From Actinomycetes bacterium (GTDB lineage: Bacteria; Actinomycetota; Acidimicrobiia; Acidimicrobiales; RAAP-2), in assembly GCA_037142475.1 (NCBI GenBank), contig JBAXAR010000001.1, positions 4,059 to 68,058 on the forward strand: a DNA stretch of 64,000 nucleotides, in the 5' to 3' direction. A program made the position numbers and the translations under genes. The notes under the pieces are model-generated. The model was not told the origin of the DNA, did no database searches, and saw only the letters and a program-made list of their open reading frames with translations. Below are positions 38,824 to 46,925 of the stretch, piece by piece; position 1 is the first letter of the stretch; the number at the start of each line of letters is the position of its first letter.

Positions 38824-40090
38824 TCTCAGAAGCGCCCGAGTGGGCGTCTTTGGAGTGGGTGTCGAGGGTCGGGCGGCAGCCCTCCGGCTCAGGGAGTTGA
38901 CCAGCGACGTCGTCTTCGTCGACGACGCTCACGACGCCACCCTTGAGGGGGCCGAGGTCGTCGCCACTGACCACGGAGGTTTGGGCCTCCTCGAGTCCTG
39001 CGACGTGGTCATCAAGAGTCCTGGAATCTCTCGGTACCGAGACGACGTGATCGCACTCGAGTCAGGCGGTGTGGCGATCGTGGGGGGCGTCGGGTTGACC
39101 CTCCATGACCTCGACCCGAGTCGCGTGATCTGCGTCACGGGCACCAAGGGCAAAAGCACCACGGCGAGCATCCTCGGGCATCTGCTCGGTGGTCTCGGCC
39201 TCCGGACTGAGGTCACCGGCAACCTTGGTCGACCCCCCTTCGACCCCTCGGTGCCTCAGGATCTCGACGTGCTGATCGTGGAGACATCGAGCTTCCAGGC
39301 CCTCGACATCGCCGATCCGCCAGGCGTGGTGGTGGTGACCTCTCTCTCAGTCGACCATCTTGACTGGCACCGTTCGGTCGAGCGATACCACGCCGACAAA
39401 CTCTCGCTGACCTCACTTCCTGGGGCAGGGATCACCATCGCCCAGCAACGCAGCGACCCTTTGAGGGACAAGGCCCATCTGCTCGGCGGTGACGTCCGCT
39501 GGAGCGACGGCGTCGCCGGTGCGTGGGCCCAATCGCTGGGGCTACTTGGAGAACACAACCTCGCCAACGCCGAGTTGGCACGCTGCGCTCTGAGAGCGTT
39601 CGGTGCCGAGAGTGATGACGAAGCCCTCGCTCACGCAGCGGAGGGTTTCGTTGGCTTACCGGGACGGCTGACCGAAATAGGCCACCACGGAGGCGTTCGC
39701 TTCGTCGACGACTCGTTGGCCACAAATGTGCTGCCTACGCTGGCGGCCATCAAGGCGTTCGAAGGAGAACGCTTAGCCATCCTCATCGGGGGCTTCGACA
39801 GAGGAATTGAGTACGCCGAACTGGTCAATGTCCTCGCCCGGCGAGAGGCGCCCACCCTCGTCGTAGGGCTCCCTGACTCCGGGGAGGGCTTGGTTGAGCA
39901 AATTGGCGCCATGACCGAATCGACCGCCACCACCGTGGCACCCGACATCACCTCTGCCACCGAGGTGGCCGCCCGCTGGGCAGCACCTGATGGTGTGGTC
40001 CTCCTCTCGCCAGCTGCTCCCAGTTTCAGTCAATTCCGGAACTGGCGTGAGCGTTCAGAGGCGTTCCGAACCGCAGTCAATCAGCTCTGA
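38798..40090 (+). CDS. Mur-ligase-family enzyme, MurD-like (candidate MurD2, UDP-MurNAc-L-Ala:L-Glu ligase)
   Basis: Rossmann motif VFGVGVEGRAAA, P-loop VTGTKGKSTT, ETSSFQ, and the DHLDWH Mur-ligase central domain. ATG 38798 overlaps murL by 26 nt; the upstream 1 kb of the track ORF is a shadow frame. Confidence 0.7.
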   Translation: MRHPIGWTDLRSARVGVFGVGVEGRAAALRLRELTSDVVFVDDAHDATLEGAEVVATDHGGLGLLESCDVVIKSPGISRYRDDVIALESGGVAIVGGVGLTLHDLDPSRVICVTGTKGKSTTASILGHLLGGLGLRTEVTGNLGRPPFDPSVPQDLDVLIVETSSFQALDIADPPGVVVVTSLSVDHLDWHRSVERYHADKLSLTSLPGAGITIAQQRSDPLRDKAHLLGGDVRWSDGVAGAWAQSLGLLGEHNLANAELARCALRAFGAESDDEALAHAAEGFVGLPGRLTEIGHHGGVRFVDDSLATNVLPTLAAIKAFEGERLAILIGGFDRGIEYAELVNVLARREAPTLVVGLPDSGEGLVEQIGAMTESTATTVAPDITSATEVAARWAAPDGVVLLSPAAPSFSQFRNWRERSEAFRTAVNQL

Positions 40091-40158
40091 CCACACTCCC
40101 ACGCGCTGCCGCATAGACGTGCCCCGTTCGTGGCGCCCCAAGGCGCGATTCTCGCTGG

Positions 40159-40230
40159 AGCCTGGAGTGGGGATTGAACCCACGACCTACGCATTACGAG
40201 TGCGTTGCTCTACCACTGAGCTATCCAGGC
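40159..40230 (-). tRNA. tRNA-Thr (anticodon CGU); CCA encoded at 40156-40158
   Basis: The reverse complement folds as acceptor GCCTGGA/TCCAGGC, D arm GCTC/GAGC, anticodon arm ACGCA-CTCGTAA-TGCGT, T arm GTGGG-TTCAATC-CCCAC. Confidence 0.9.
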
Positions 40231-40443
40231 AGGGACCTCAGGTTACCCGAACTGCCGTATGGCCTTCAGACGACGCCGGCAGCGTTGCCCTCACGTCACC
40301 ACGGGAGCGTGAACGGGCCTCTCGGTCGTAATCTGACGCACCGAGCCTCGCTTCCCGAGCGAGATCGGACTCCCTCGATCAAGGTCGGTCGAGCTCCACT
40401 CCGTTCCCGAATTGTCGGGGTTCGGTCTTCGTGCTCCCAAGCC

Positions 40444-41004
40444 CTAGCGCTGAACGGGCCAGAGAAGGTCAACGACGGCTCGCGTGAGGTGCGAGAGATC
40501 CTCGGCCAGAAGGTCGTAGCCCTCGGACGGGCCACCCGTGGGATCCACCACATCATCAATGGGGTCAGCTCCGAGGAGATCAGCCGACGTCCGGTTGGCG
40601 TGAAGGAGCGCAAGCCACTCGCTGATCGGCTGCGAGGGGGGCCGGGGCCCGACCGCTTCGCCCAGGCGGACGAGCTGGCGGAGCGTGAAGGTTCGAGGCC
40701 ACGTTGAAGGAGCCGCCACGGCAATCTCCCTGACGTGGCGCCTCGTGAGGCCGAGAATCAGGTCATTTTGCAGCAGGAGGTCCTCGCTGACCTCAAGACT
40801 CCGGTGCGAGTCCAGATCGAGCCCGAACCTGGCTGCGGCATTGAGCACCTCTTCAGGAGCTGGGGATCCTGATTGAAGGAAACCGGCGGTCGTGATCTCA
40901 AGGTCGGGACACCGACGTTGAGCGTGACGAGCAAGGAGGGCTCCAGCGACTGGAGACCTGCACTGATTGGCAGTACAGACAATGAGGAGCTTCGGCACAG
41001 GCAC
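40444..41004 (-). CDS. low-molecular-weight protein-tyrosine phosphatase / ArsC-like
   Basis: P-loop LLIVCTANQCRSP (CX5R-S) and a distal DP motif (VVDPTGG). Start uncertain, with GTG candidates at 40998-41034. Confidence 0.75.
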   Translation of the reverse strand: MPVPKLLIVCTANQCRSPVAGALLARHAQRRCPDLEITTAGFLQSGSPAPEEVLNAAARFGLDLDSHRSLEVSEDLLLQNDLILGLTRRHVREIAVAAPSTWPRTFTLRQLVRLGEAVGPRPPSQPISEWLALLHANRTSADLLGADPIDDVVDPTGGPSEGYDLLAEDLSHLTRAVVDLLWPVQR

Positions 41005-41149
41005 TGACGGTAGTACGTCGGCACGCGACACACGGTCAGGCTCCCAGTGGCCATCGACAATGCGGGACCCCGGGGTCGCCGGACTCCCATCCTCAGAGAA
41101 CAATGGCAGCGGAAGTACCTTCGTGGGTACTCAATTCGAAAGAGGATCA

Positions 41150-42331
41150 ATGAAAAATCGTCTCGTCGGAATTGCTGTTACTGCGACGTTCTCTCTCGCC
41201 GTCACCATGGTCGCCGTCCTTCCCGCTGGCGCCGCTGGTCCGCAACGAGGACCTGCCGTCGACGACGACACCCCAAGAGCCGAGCGAGCCTGCGCTGCCA
41301 CGGTGCCTGATGAAGCGAGCTGTATGGCGTGGATCAGTAGTGACGTGGCATCAGGACAAGTCACCACCTTGGCCACGCCCACCGGTCTTTCGCCGGCGGC
41401 GATAAAGGCCGTCTACGGATGGTCAACCTCAATGACCGCGGGGGCAGGAAAGACCGTCGCCATCGTCGATGCCTACCATGATCCCACTGCCGCCTCAGAT
41501 CTCGCCGTCTTCTCGAAGCAGTACGGGCTCCCCGCCTGCACAGTCGCCAATGGATGCTTCACCCAGGTCAGCCAGACCGGGACGAACAGACTCCCGGCAA
41601 CCAACGCGCTCTGGGCCTTCGAGATAAGTCTCGATATTCAGATCGCCCATGCGATCGCCCCGGGAGCGAAAATCCTCCTCGTTGAAGCGAAGAGCGCCAA
41701 CCTCTCCGACCTGATGGTCGCCGAGGACTATGCGTCATCGAAGGCCACCTACGTCTCGAACAGCTGGGACACCACAGAGTCAGCGGCCGAGACCACCTAC
41801 GACTCGCACTTCACCACTCCCGGTGTCAGCTACTTCGTGGCAGCCGGCGATGCCGGCCTTCCTGCTCAATACCCTTCGTCATCACCCAACGTGATCTCGG
41901 TCGGAGGAACGACACTGAACTTCACCGGTGGCGTGTTCTCTTCAGAGACCGGCTGGGCTCGAGGTGGCGGCGGCTGCAGTGCCTTCGAGACGGCCACCGC
42001 GGCCCAAGCGGCATTCAGCCAGTACGCACAGACTGCCTGTGCCGGGAAGCGCTCGACACCGGATGTCTCGCTTGTGGCGGACCCGGCATCAGGTGTCTCG
42101 ATCTACGACAGCACCGCGTACAACAACCAAAAGGGCTGGTTCAAAGTTGGTGGGACAAGCGTGGGGGCACCAATGTGGGCCGCCCGATCGGCAGTCGCTG
42201 GAACGTTCATGAATGCATCCACCATCTACGGCGGCGCCATCCCATTCCGAGACATCATCAGCGGGGGCAACACCGGCGGGTGCCTTATCGGATTCGACCT
42301 CTGCAGCGGCCGCGGGAGTTGGGTCGGCTAA
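41150..42331 (+). CDS. secreted S53 (sedolisin)-like serine peptidase
   Basis: Signal peptide MKNRLVGIAVTATFSLAV..AGAA, then AIVDAYHDP, EISLDIQ (Glu) and VGGTSVGAPMWA (Ser) in sedolisin order. AGAGGA SD. Confidence 0.65.
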   Translation: MKNRLVGIAVTATFSLAVTMVAVLPAGAAGPQRGPAVDDDTPRAERACAATVPDEASCMAWISSDVASGQVTTLATPTGLSPAAIKAVYGWSTSMTAGAGKTVAIVDAYHDPTAASDLAVFSKQYGLPACTVANGCFTQVSQTGTNRLPATNALWAFEISLDIQIAHAIAPGAKILLVEAKSANLSDLMVAEDYASSKATYVSNSWDTTESAAETTYDSHFTTPGVSYFVAAGDAGLPAQYPSSSPNVISVGGTTLNFTGGVFSSETGWARGGGGCSAFETATAAQAAFSQYAQTACAGKRSTPDVSLVADPASGVSIYDSTAYNNQKGWFKVGGTSVGAPMWAARSAVAGTFMNASTIYGGAIPFRDIISGGNTGGCLIGFDLCSGRGSWVG

Positions 42332-42365
42332 TTCCCAGAGATCGGACCAAGCCCGATCGGCGTGC

Positions 42366-43433
42366 TCAGAGCACCGGAAGGTTGAAGAGGAGTCCCTCAA
42401 GCGAGAGAACCTCACGAAGGTTCCGCTTTGAATCGGCAGCCATCGAAGAGACCATGTCGACGGCGGTCGCACATCGCCTGATGGTCTCACCATCGTCTGC
42501 CGCAGCCGCCTGAGCCATTCGGTCTCGATAGACGCGAGCGAGGACACCGAGGCCCGCACGCAACTCAATCATCCGGTAGGCGCGAACCTGCCGCTTATTA
42601 CGAGCGATGATTTCCGTACGGCCCACGACCCCTCGCTCGCCCATGGACTTTGCCTCAGCCTCACGGGCCTTCATCTCCGCATCATGTTGGGCCACCAGTG
42701 GGGCAACCGCCTCATCCATGGATTCCTTGATCTCCTGGGCCAATCGTCCCACCACGGCACCAGTCCCATCAAGGAGGTCGGGGATCGCTCGCCACCGCGT
42801 CAGCCGATCGGCAAACCCTGCATCAACGGTGAGCAGCATCGCTCGATCAGCGTCGCCGGCCGCTCCCTGCGCCGCCTGGGTGGCGGTGGCCTCGTCGATT
42901 CCCTTGGCCACGAGCCACTCGATAATCGCTTCATTGGAGAGAGCAGCGAATGGGATCACCACGCAGCGAGATCGAATGGTCGCCATCTTCTTCGTCACAT
43001 CGTCAGCAAGAAGAATGAACACCGTTGTGGCCGGTGGCTCCTCAAGGGTCTTGAGGAGCGCCCCGAGCGAGTCGCCAAGCAAGTGCGCCTCAGGGATGAT
43101 CACGACAAGGCGGGAGGTTTCAAGTGGTCGACGCTGCGCGGTGGTGGTCAGTGGTCTGACGTCGTCTTTCACCGAGTAGGCGACACCGTCATGGGTGGCA
43201 ACAACAAGATCCGGGTGGCCACGGCCGAAGACCCTCGAGCAATGGCCGCAGGTGCCACAGCCTCCGTCGGGACAGAGGAGAGCAGCGGCGAAGGCCACGG
43301 CTGCCTGCTCCTTACCCGCTCCTTGAGGACCAACGAAGAGATAGGCGTGGACAGGGTTGACCGCCGCCCGCAGCAGTTCGGCGACTGCGGCACGTTGGCC
43401 GGGGACGTCGGCGAAGAGATCCCTCGTCGTCAC
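42366..43433 (-). CDS. holB: DNA polymerase III subunit delta'
   Basis: HAYLFVGPQGAGKEQAA..FAAALLC....CGTCGHC zinc module. GTG 43433 overlaps the tmk stop (GTGA). Confidence 0.85.
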   Translation of the reverse strand: MTTRDLFADVPGQRAAVAELLRAAVNPVHAYLFVGPQGAGKEQAAVAFAAALLCPDGGCGTCGHCSRVFGRGHPDLVVATHDGVAYSVKDDVRPLTTTAQRRPLETSRLVVIIPEAHLLGDSLGALLKTLEEPPATTVFILLADDVTKKMATIRSRCVVIPFAALSNEAIIEWLVAKGIDEATATQAAQGAAGDADRAMLLTVDAGFADRLTRWRAIPDLLDGTGAVVGRLAQEIKESMDEAVAPLVAQHDAEMKAREAEAKSMGERGVVGRTEIIARNKRQVRAYRMIELRAGLGVLARVYRDRMAQAAAADDGETIRRCATAVDMVSSMAADSKRNLREVLSLEGLLFNLPVL

Positions 43434-44035
43434 GAGAGCCCCCGCTCTTCGAGCGCCTCGTCGATGGCCGCGCTGACCACCGACAGACTCGCCGTGGCGT
43501 CGAGCACGACCCACTCTTCTGGGCGCTCCTGGGCCAACGCTAGGTAACCCGATCGCACCCGCTCGAAGAAGTCAGTCGCCATCGATTCCATCCGGTCAGG
43601 CGATCCTCCACGACGAGCGCCCGCCGCCGAGACCGGGAGGTCCAACAGGATGGTTACATCGGGCCGGAGTCCCCCGGTGGCGATGGCGATCAGCGTTTCA
43701 AGTTCTGAGCGCTCCAAGCCACGACCAAACCCTTGATAGGCAATCGTCGAGGCGGCGTAGCGATCCGAGACCACATCTCGGCCAGCCCTCAGCGTCGGCT
43801 CGATCACTCCGGCGACATGCTGTGCTCGATCGGCAGCGAGCAGGAATGCCTCAGTCACCGGAGCCGGTGGTTCACCCTCGCTCAGGATCAGTCGACGCAG
43901 TGAGCGTCCAAGCTCCGTGCCACCTGGCTCGAGTGTCGCCACTGCGCCGCGAAGCCCGGCGAGGCGGGCCACTTGCGTGGACTTCCCGCAGCCATCGATC
44001 CCCTCGACCACAAGGAACCGGCCGCGTCTCGTCAC
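43430..44035 (-). CDS. tmk: dTMP (thymidylate) kinase
   Basis: FLVVEGIDGCGKSTQ P-loop and the Tmk fold. Its start overlaps the topA stop. Confidence 0.9.
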   Translation of the reverse strand: MTRRGRFLVVEGIDGCGKSTQVARLAGLRGAVATLEPGGTELGRSLRRLILSEGEPPAPVTEAFLLAADRAQHVAGVIEPTLRAGRDVVSDRYAASTIAYQGFGRGLERSELETLIAIATGGLRPDVTILLDLPVSAAGARRGGSPDRMESMATDFFERVRSGYLALAQERPEEWVVLDATASLSVVSAAIDEALEERGLS

Positions 44036-46773
44036 GATTCCGAGTCCGCCCCGTCCGAGGTCGAGCCCGCCGCAGGTGATTCTGGCGCTGCAGCCTTCTT
44101 CTTCGCTGGTGCCTTCTTGGCTGCAGCCTTCTTCTTCGCTGGTGCCTTCTTGGCTGCAGCCTTCTTCTTCGAGCGCTTCTTCACCGGCCCAGCCTCGCGT
44201 CGGATCACCAGGAGCTCCGCAGCTCGCTCGATGGTGATCTCCTCGACGGTGTCACCAACTCGGAGCGACGCGTTGGTAGTTCCGTCGGTCACGTAGGGAC
44301 CGAAACGACCTTCCTTGACCACCACGGGCTCCCCGGTCACAGGATCAGCACCGAGCTCCTTGAGCGGAGGCGCAGCCACTCGCCCACGACCGCGCTTTGG
44401 CTGAGCAAAAAGAGTCACTGCTTCGTCGAGCGAGACCGTAAAGATCTCAGACTCGGCGGTGAGGCTTCGGGTGTCTTTGCCTCGCGTGAGGTAGGGGCCG
44501 TACCGCCCGTTCTGCGAGCGGATCTCTTCCTGAGATTCGGGGTCGAGGCCGACCAGACGCGGCAGCGACAGGAGTTGGAGCGCCTCGTCGAGCGACAAGG
44601 TGTCGACCGTCATGGTCGACAACAGAGACGCTGTCTTGGGCTTCTCACCGTCCGCCACCTCGCCGAGTTGGATGTAGGGGCCAAACCGCCCGGCCTTGAC
44701 GAAAATATCAAGCCCAGTCTCAGGATCAACACCGACCGACCGATCTGACTGGGGGGCGTCAAGAATCTCAGCTGCCCGCTCCGGAGTGAGCTCATCAGGC
44801 AACAGGTCCTCGCGCAGCGACGCTGTCTCGTCGCCCCGCTTCAGATAGGGGCCGAACTTCCCAACACGGACGACGATGGCCTCACCAGTCGCCGGATCAG
44901 GTCCAAGCGGTATCGAGTTGATCTCCACCGGATCGATGTCGGCGAGTTGATTGGAAACCGCGTCCTTCAGGCCAAGGCCCGCGACCCCATCAGCGTCATG
45001 GCCGAAATAGAAGCGTGAGAGCCACGGCAGGGCCTCTTCGGTACCCGACGCAATGGCATCGAGGCTGTCCTCCATCGATGCCGTGAAGTTGTAGTCCACA
45101 AGGTCAGCAAAATGCGTCTCAAGGAGCTTGACCACGGCGAAGGCAGTGAAGCTTGGAATGAGGGCTGGACCCTTCTTCCAGACATACCCACGGTCCTGAA
45201 TGGTGGAGATGACGGCGGCGTAGGTCGATGGCCGCCCGATTCCAAGCTCTTCCATCTTCTTGACCAAGCTGGCATCGGTATAGCGAGCAGGCGGCTGTGT
45301 GGTGTGCGACTTCGCTTCCGCCCTGTCGACCACCACCGAATCACCCTCGGCCATCGCCGGAAGGACCCGCTCGGCCTCCGCCAACTCGGCTTCAGGGTCG
45401 TCGGCCCCCTCGACATAGGCCCGTCGGTACCCCGGGAAGCTAATGACGCGCCCATTGGCCTGGAGCGTGACCTCCTCGCCAGCGAGGGATCCCGCTGGAG
45501 CGCCAAGGGTGGCCGCCATCCTGACTTGGGCCTGCGTCCCTCTGGCGTCGGCCATTTGCGATGCCACTGTCCGGACCCAGATCAGTTCGTACAGTCGGAA
45601 TTCATCGCCGGAGAGCGAACGACCGGCCTCCTCGGGGCTTCGAAAAGTCTCCCCTGCTGGCCGGATCGCCTCGTGAGCCTCTTGTGCGTTCTTGACCTTG
45701 CGGTCATAGCGGCGAGGAGCGTCAGGGACGTAGGACGCTCCGTAGAGCTGCGTTGCTGCACCGCGCGCCGCGTGAATGGCCTCGCTCGAGAGGGTCGTCG
45801 AGTCGGTTCGCATGTACGTGATCCAACCCTTCTCGTACAGGCCCTGTGCGGTGCGCATGGCCGACTGAGCGCTCATACGGAGCTTGCGACCGGCTTCCTG
45901 CTGAAGGGTCGAGGTCATGAACGGTGCTTGGGGCCGTGAGGTGAATGGCTTCTCGGTTACCGATGTCACCGTTGGGGTCGACGCCTCGAGAGCGGTGGCA
46001 ATCCCAGCCGCGTCGGTCTCTGAGAGCAGGCGGACCGACCGGTTCCCTGTTGCCACCCCCTGAGCATCGAAGTCCTTGCCCTCGGCCAACTGGACCCCGC
46101 CAACGGCCATGAGCTGAGCCTCGAAGGCCTGGCCCTCTCGATTCATCTGAGCCACCACGTCATGCCATGACGCTGTTCGGAAGGCCATGCGCTCGCGCTC
46201 GCGCTCGACGACGAGCCGAGTCGCTACCGACTGCACCCGTCCGGCGGACAGTCGCGGAAGGACCTTCTTCCAGAGAACAGGGGAGACCTCGTAGCCATAG
46301 AGCCGGTCGAGAATCCGGCGGGTCTCCTGGGCATCGACGAGCCGCCGGTCGAGATCCCGTGATTCGTCAACGGCGCGCTCGATAGCTGGCCGAGTGATCT
46401 CGTGGAAGACCATCCGCTTCACCGGGACCGTCGGGTTCAGGACTTCGAGGAGGTGCCAGGCAATGGCCTCTCCCTCTCGGTCTTCGTCGGTCGCGAGGAA
46501 CAACTCGTCGACGTCCTTCAGAAGCGCCTTCAGTTTGGCGACAACCTGCTTCTTGCCCGAACTGACCACATAGAGCGGCTTGAAGCCGTCATCGACGTTG
46601 ACTGCTAGGCGGGCCCACGATTCACCTTTGTAGGCCGCGGGTACCTCGTCAGCTCCATGAGGAAGATCCCTGATGTGGCCGATCGACGACTCCACGACGA
46701 AGTTCGGTCCAAGGATTGATCCGATGGTCTTTGCCTTCGCTGGTGACTCGACAATGACGAGTGCTCTCCCCAC
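44032..46773 (-). CDS. topA: DNA topoisomerase I with a Lys/Ala-rich C-terminal tail
   Basis: Toprim ALVIVESPAKAKTI, the type IA core, and the tail KKRSKKKAAAKKAPAKKKAAAKKAPAKKKAAA. Start at GTG 46773, six nt after AGGAGG. Confidence 0.95.
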   Translation of the reverse strand: MGRALVIVESPAKAKTIGSILGPNFVVESSIGHIRDLPHGADEVPAAYKGESWARLAVNVDDGFKPLYVVSSGKKQVVAKLKALLKDVDELFLATDEDREGEAIAWHLLEVLNPTVPVKRMVFHEITRPAIERAVDESRDLDRRLVDAQETRRILDRLYGYEVSPVLWKKVLPRLSAGRVQSVATRLVVERERERMAFRTASWHDVVAQMNREGQAFEAQLMAVGGVQLAEGKDFDAQGVATGNRSVRLLSETDAAGIATALEASTPTVTSVTEKPFTSRPQAPFMTSTLQQEAGRKLRMSAQSAMRTAQGLYEKGWITYMRTDSTTLSSEAIHAARGAATQLYGASYVPDAPRRYDRKVKNAQEAHEAIRPAGETFRSPEEAGRSLSGDEFRLYELIWVRTVASQMADARGTQAQVRMAATLGAPAGSLAGEEVTLQANGRVISFPGYRRAYVEGADDPEAELAEAERVLPAMAEGDSVVVDRAEAKSHTTQPPARYTDASLVKKMEELGIGRPSTYAAVISTIQDRGYVWKKGPALIPSFTAFAVVKLLETHFADLVDYNFTASMEDSLDAIASGTEEALPWLSRFYFGHDADGVAGLGLKDAVSNQLADIDPVEINSIPLGPDPATGEAIVVRVGKFGPYLKRGDETASLREDLLPDELTPERAAEILDAPQSDRSVGVDPETGLDIFVKAGRFGPYIQLGEVADGEKPKTASLLSTMTVDTLSLDEALQLLSLPRLVGLDPESQEEIRSQNGRYGPYLTRGKDTRSLTAESEIFTVSLDEAVTLFAQPKRGRGRVAAPPLKELGADPVTGEPVVVKEGRFGPYVTDGTTNASLRVGDTVEEITIERAAELLVIRREAGPVKKRSKKKAAAKKAPAKKKAAAKKAPAKKKAAAPESPAAGSTSDGADSES
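44090..44171. repeat. perfect 33-bp tandem repeat (2.5 copies) inside the topA tail-coding region
   Basis: gcagccttcttcttcgctggtgccttcttggct appears twice, followed by gcagccttcttcttcg. It encodes repeated KKAAAKKAPAK units. Confidence 0.9.
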
Positions 46774-46925
46774 AGACCACCTCCTTGGTTCTCGATCTCC
46801 GGCACGATGATGCACTGCCAACAATGGCAATGCGACACCCCGGTTCTAGCAAAGCCTTGACGCTCCGCACGTCACGCCCCGCTGCGAGGGCGAAATCGTC
46901 TCCCGAATCAGGCGTCTTGGAAGAC

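Noticed and set aside
41150-42331. The S53-like peptidase appears to lack the long sedolisin pro-domain.
   Set aside because: Only about 50 residues separate the signal peptide from the catalytic domain. Domain boundaries cannot be judged reliably by eye and this is a common variation, so it is not reported as a finding.
44090-44171. A possible CRISPR-like or minisatellite array.
   Set aside because: There are only 2.5 directly abutting copies with no spacers, lying in frame inside topA. It is a coding tandem duplication. I saw no repeat-spacer architecture anywhere in the window.
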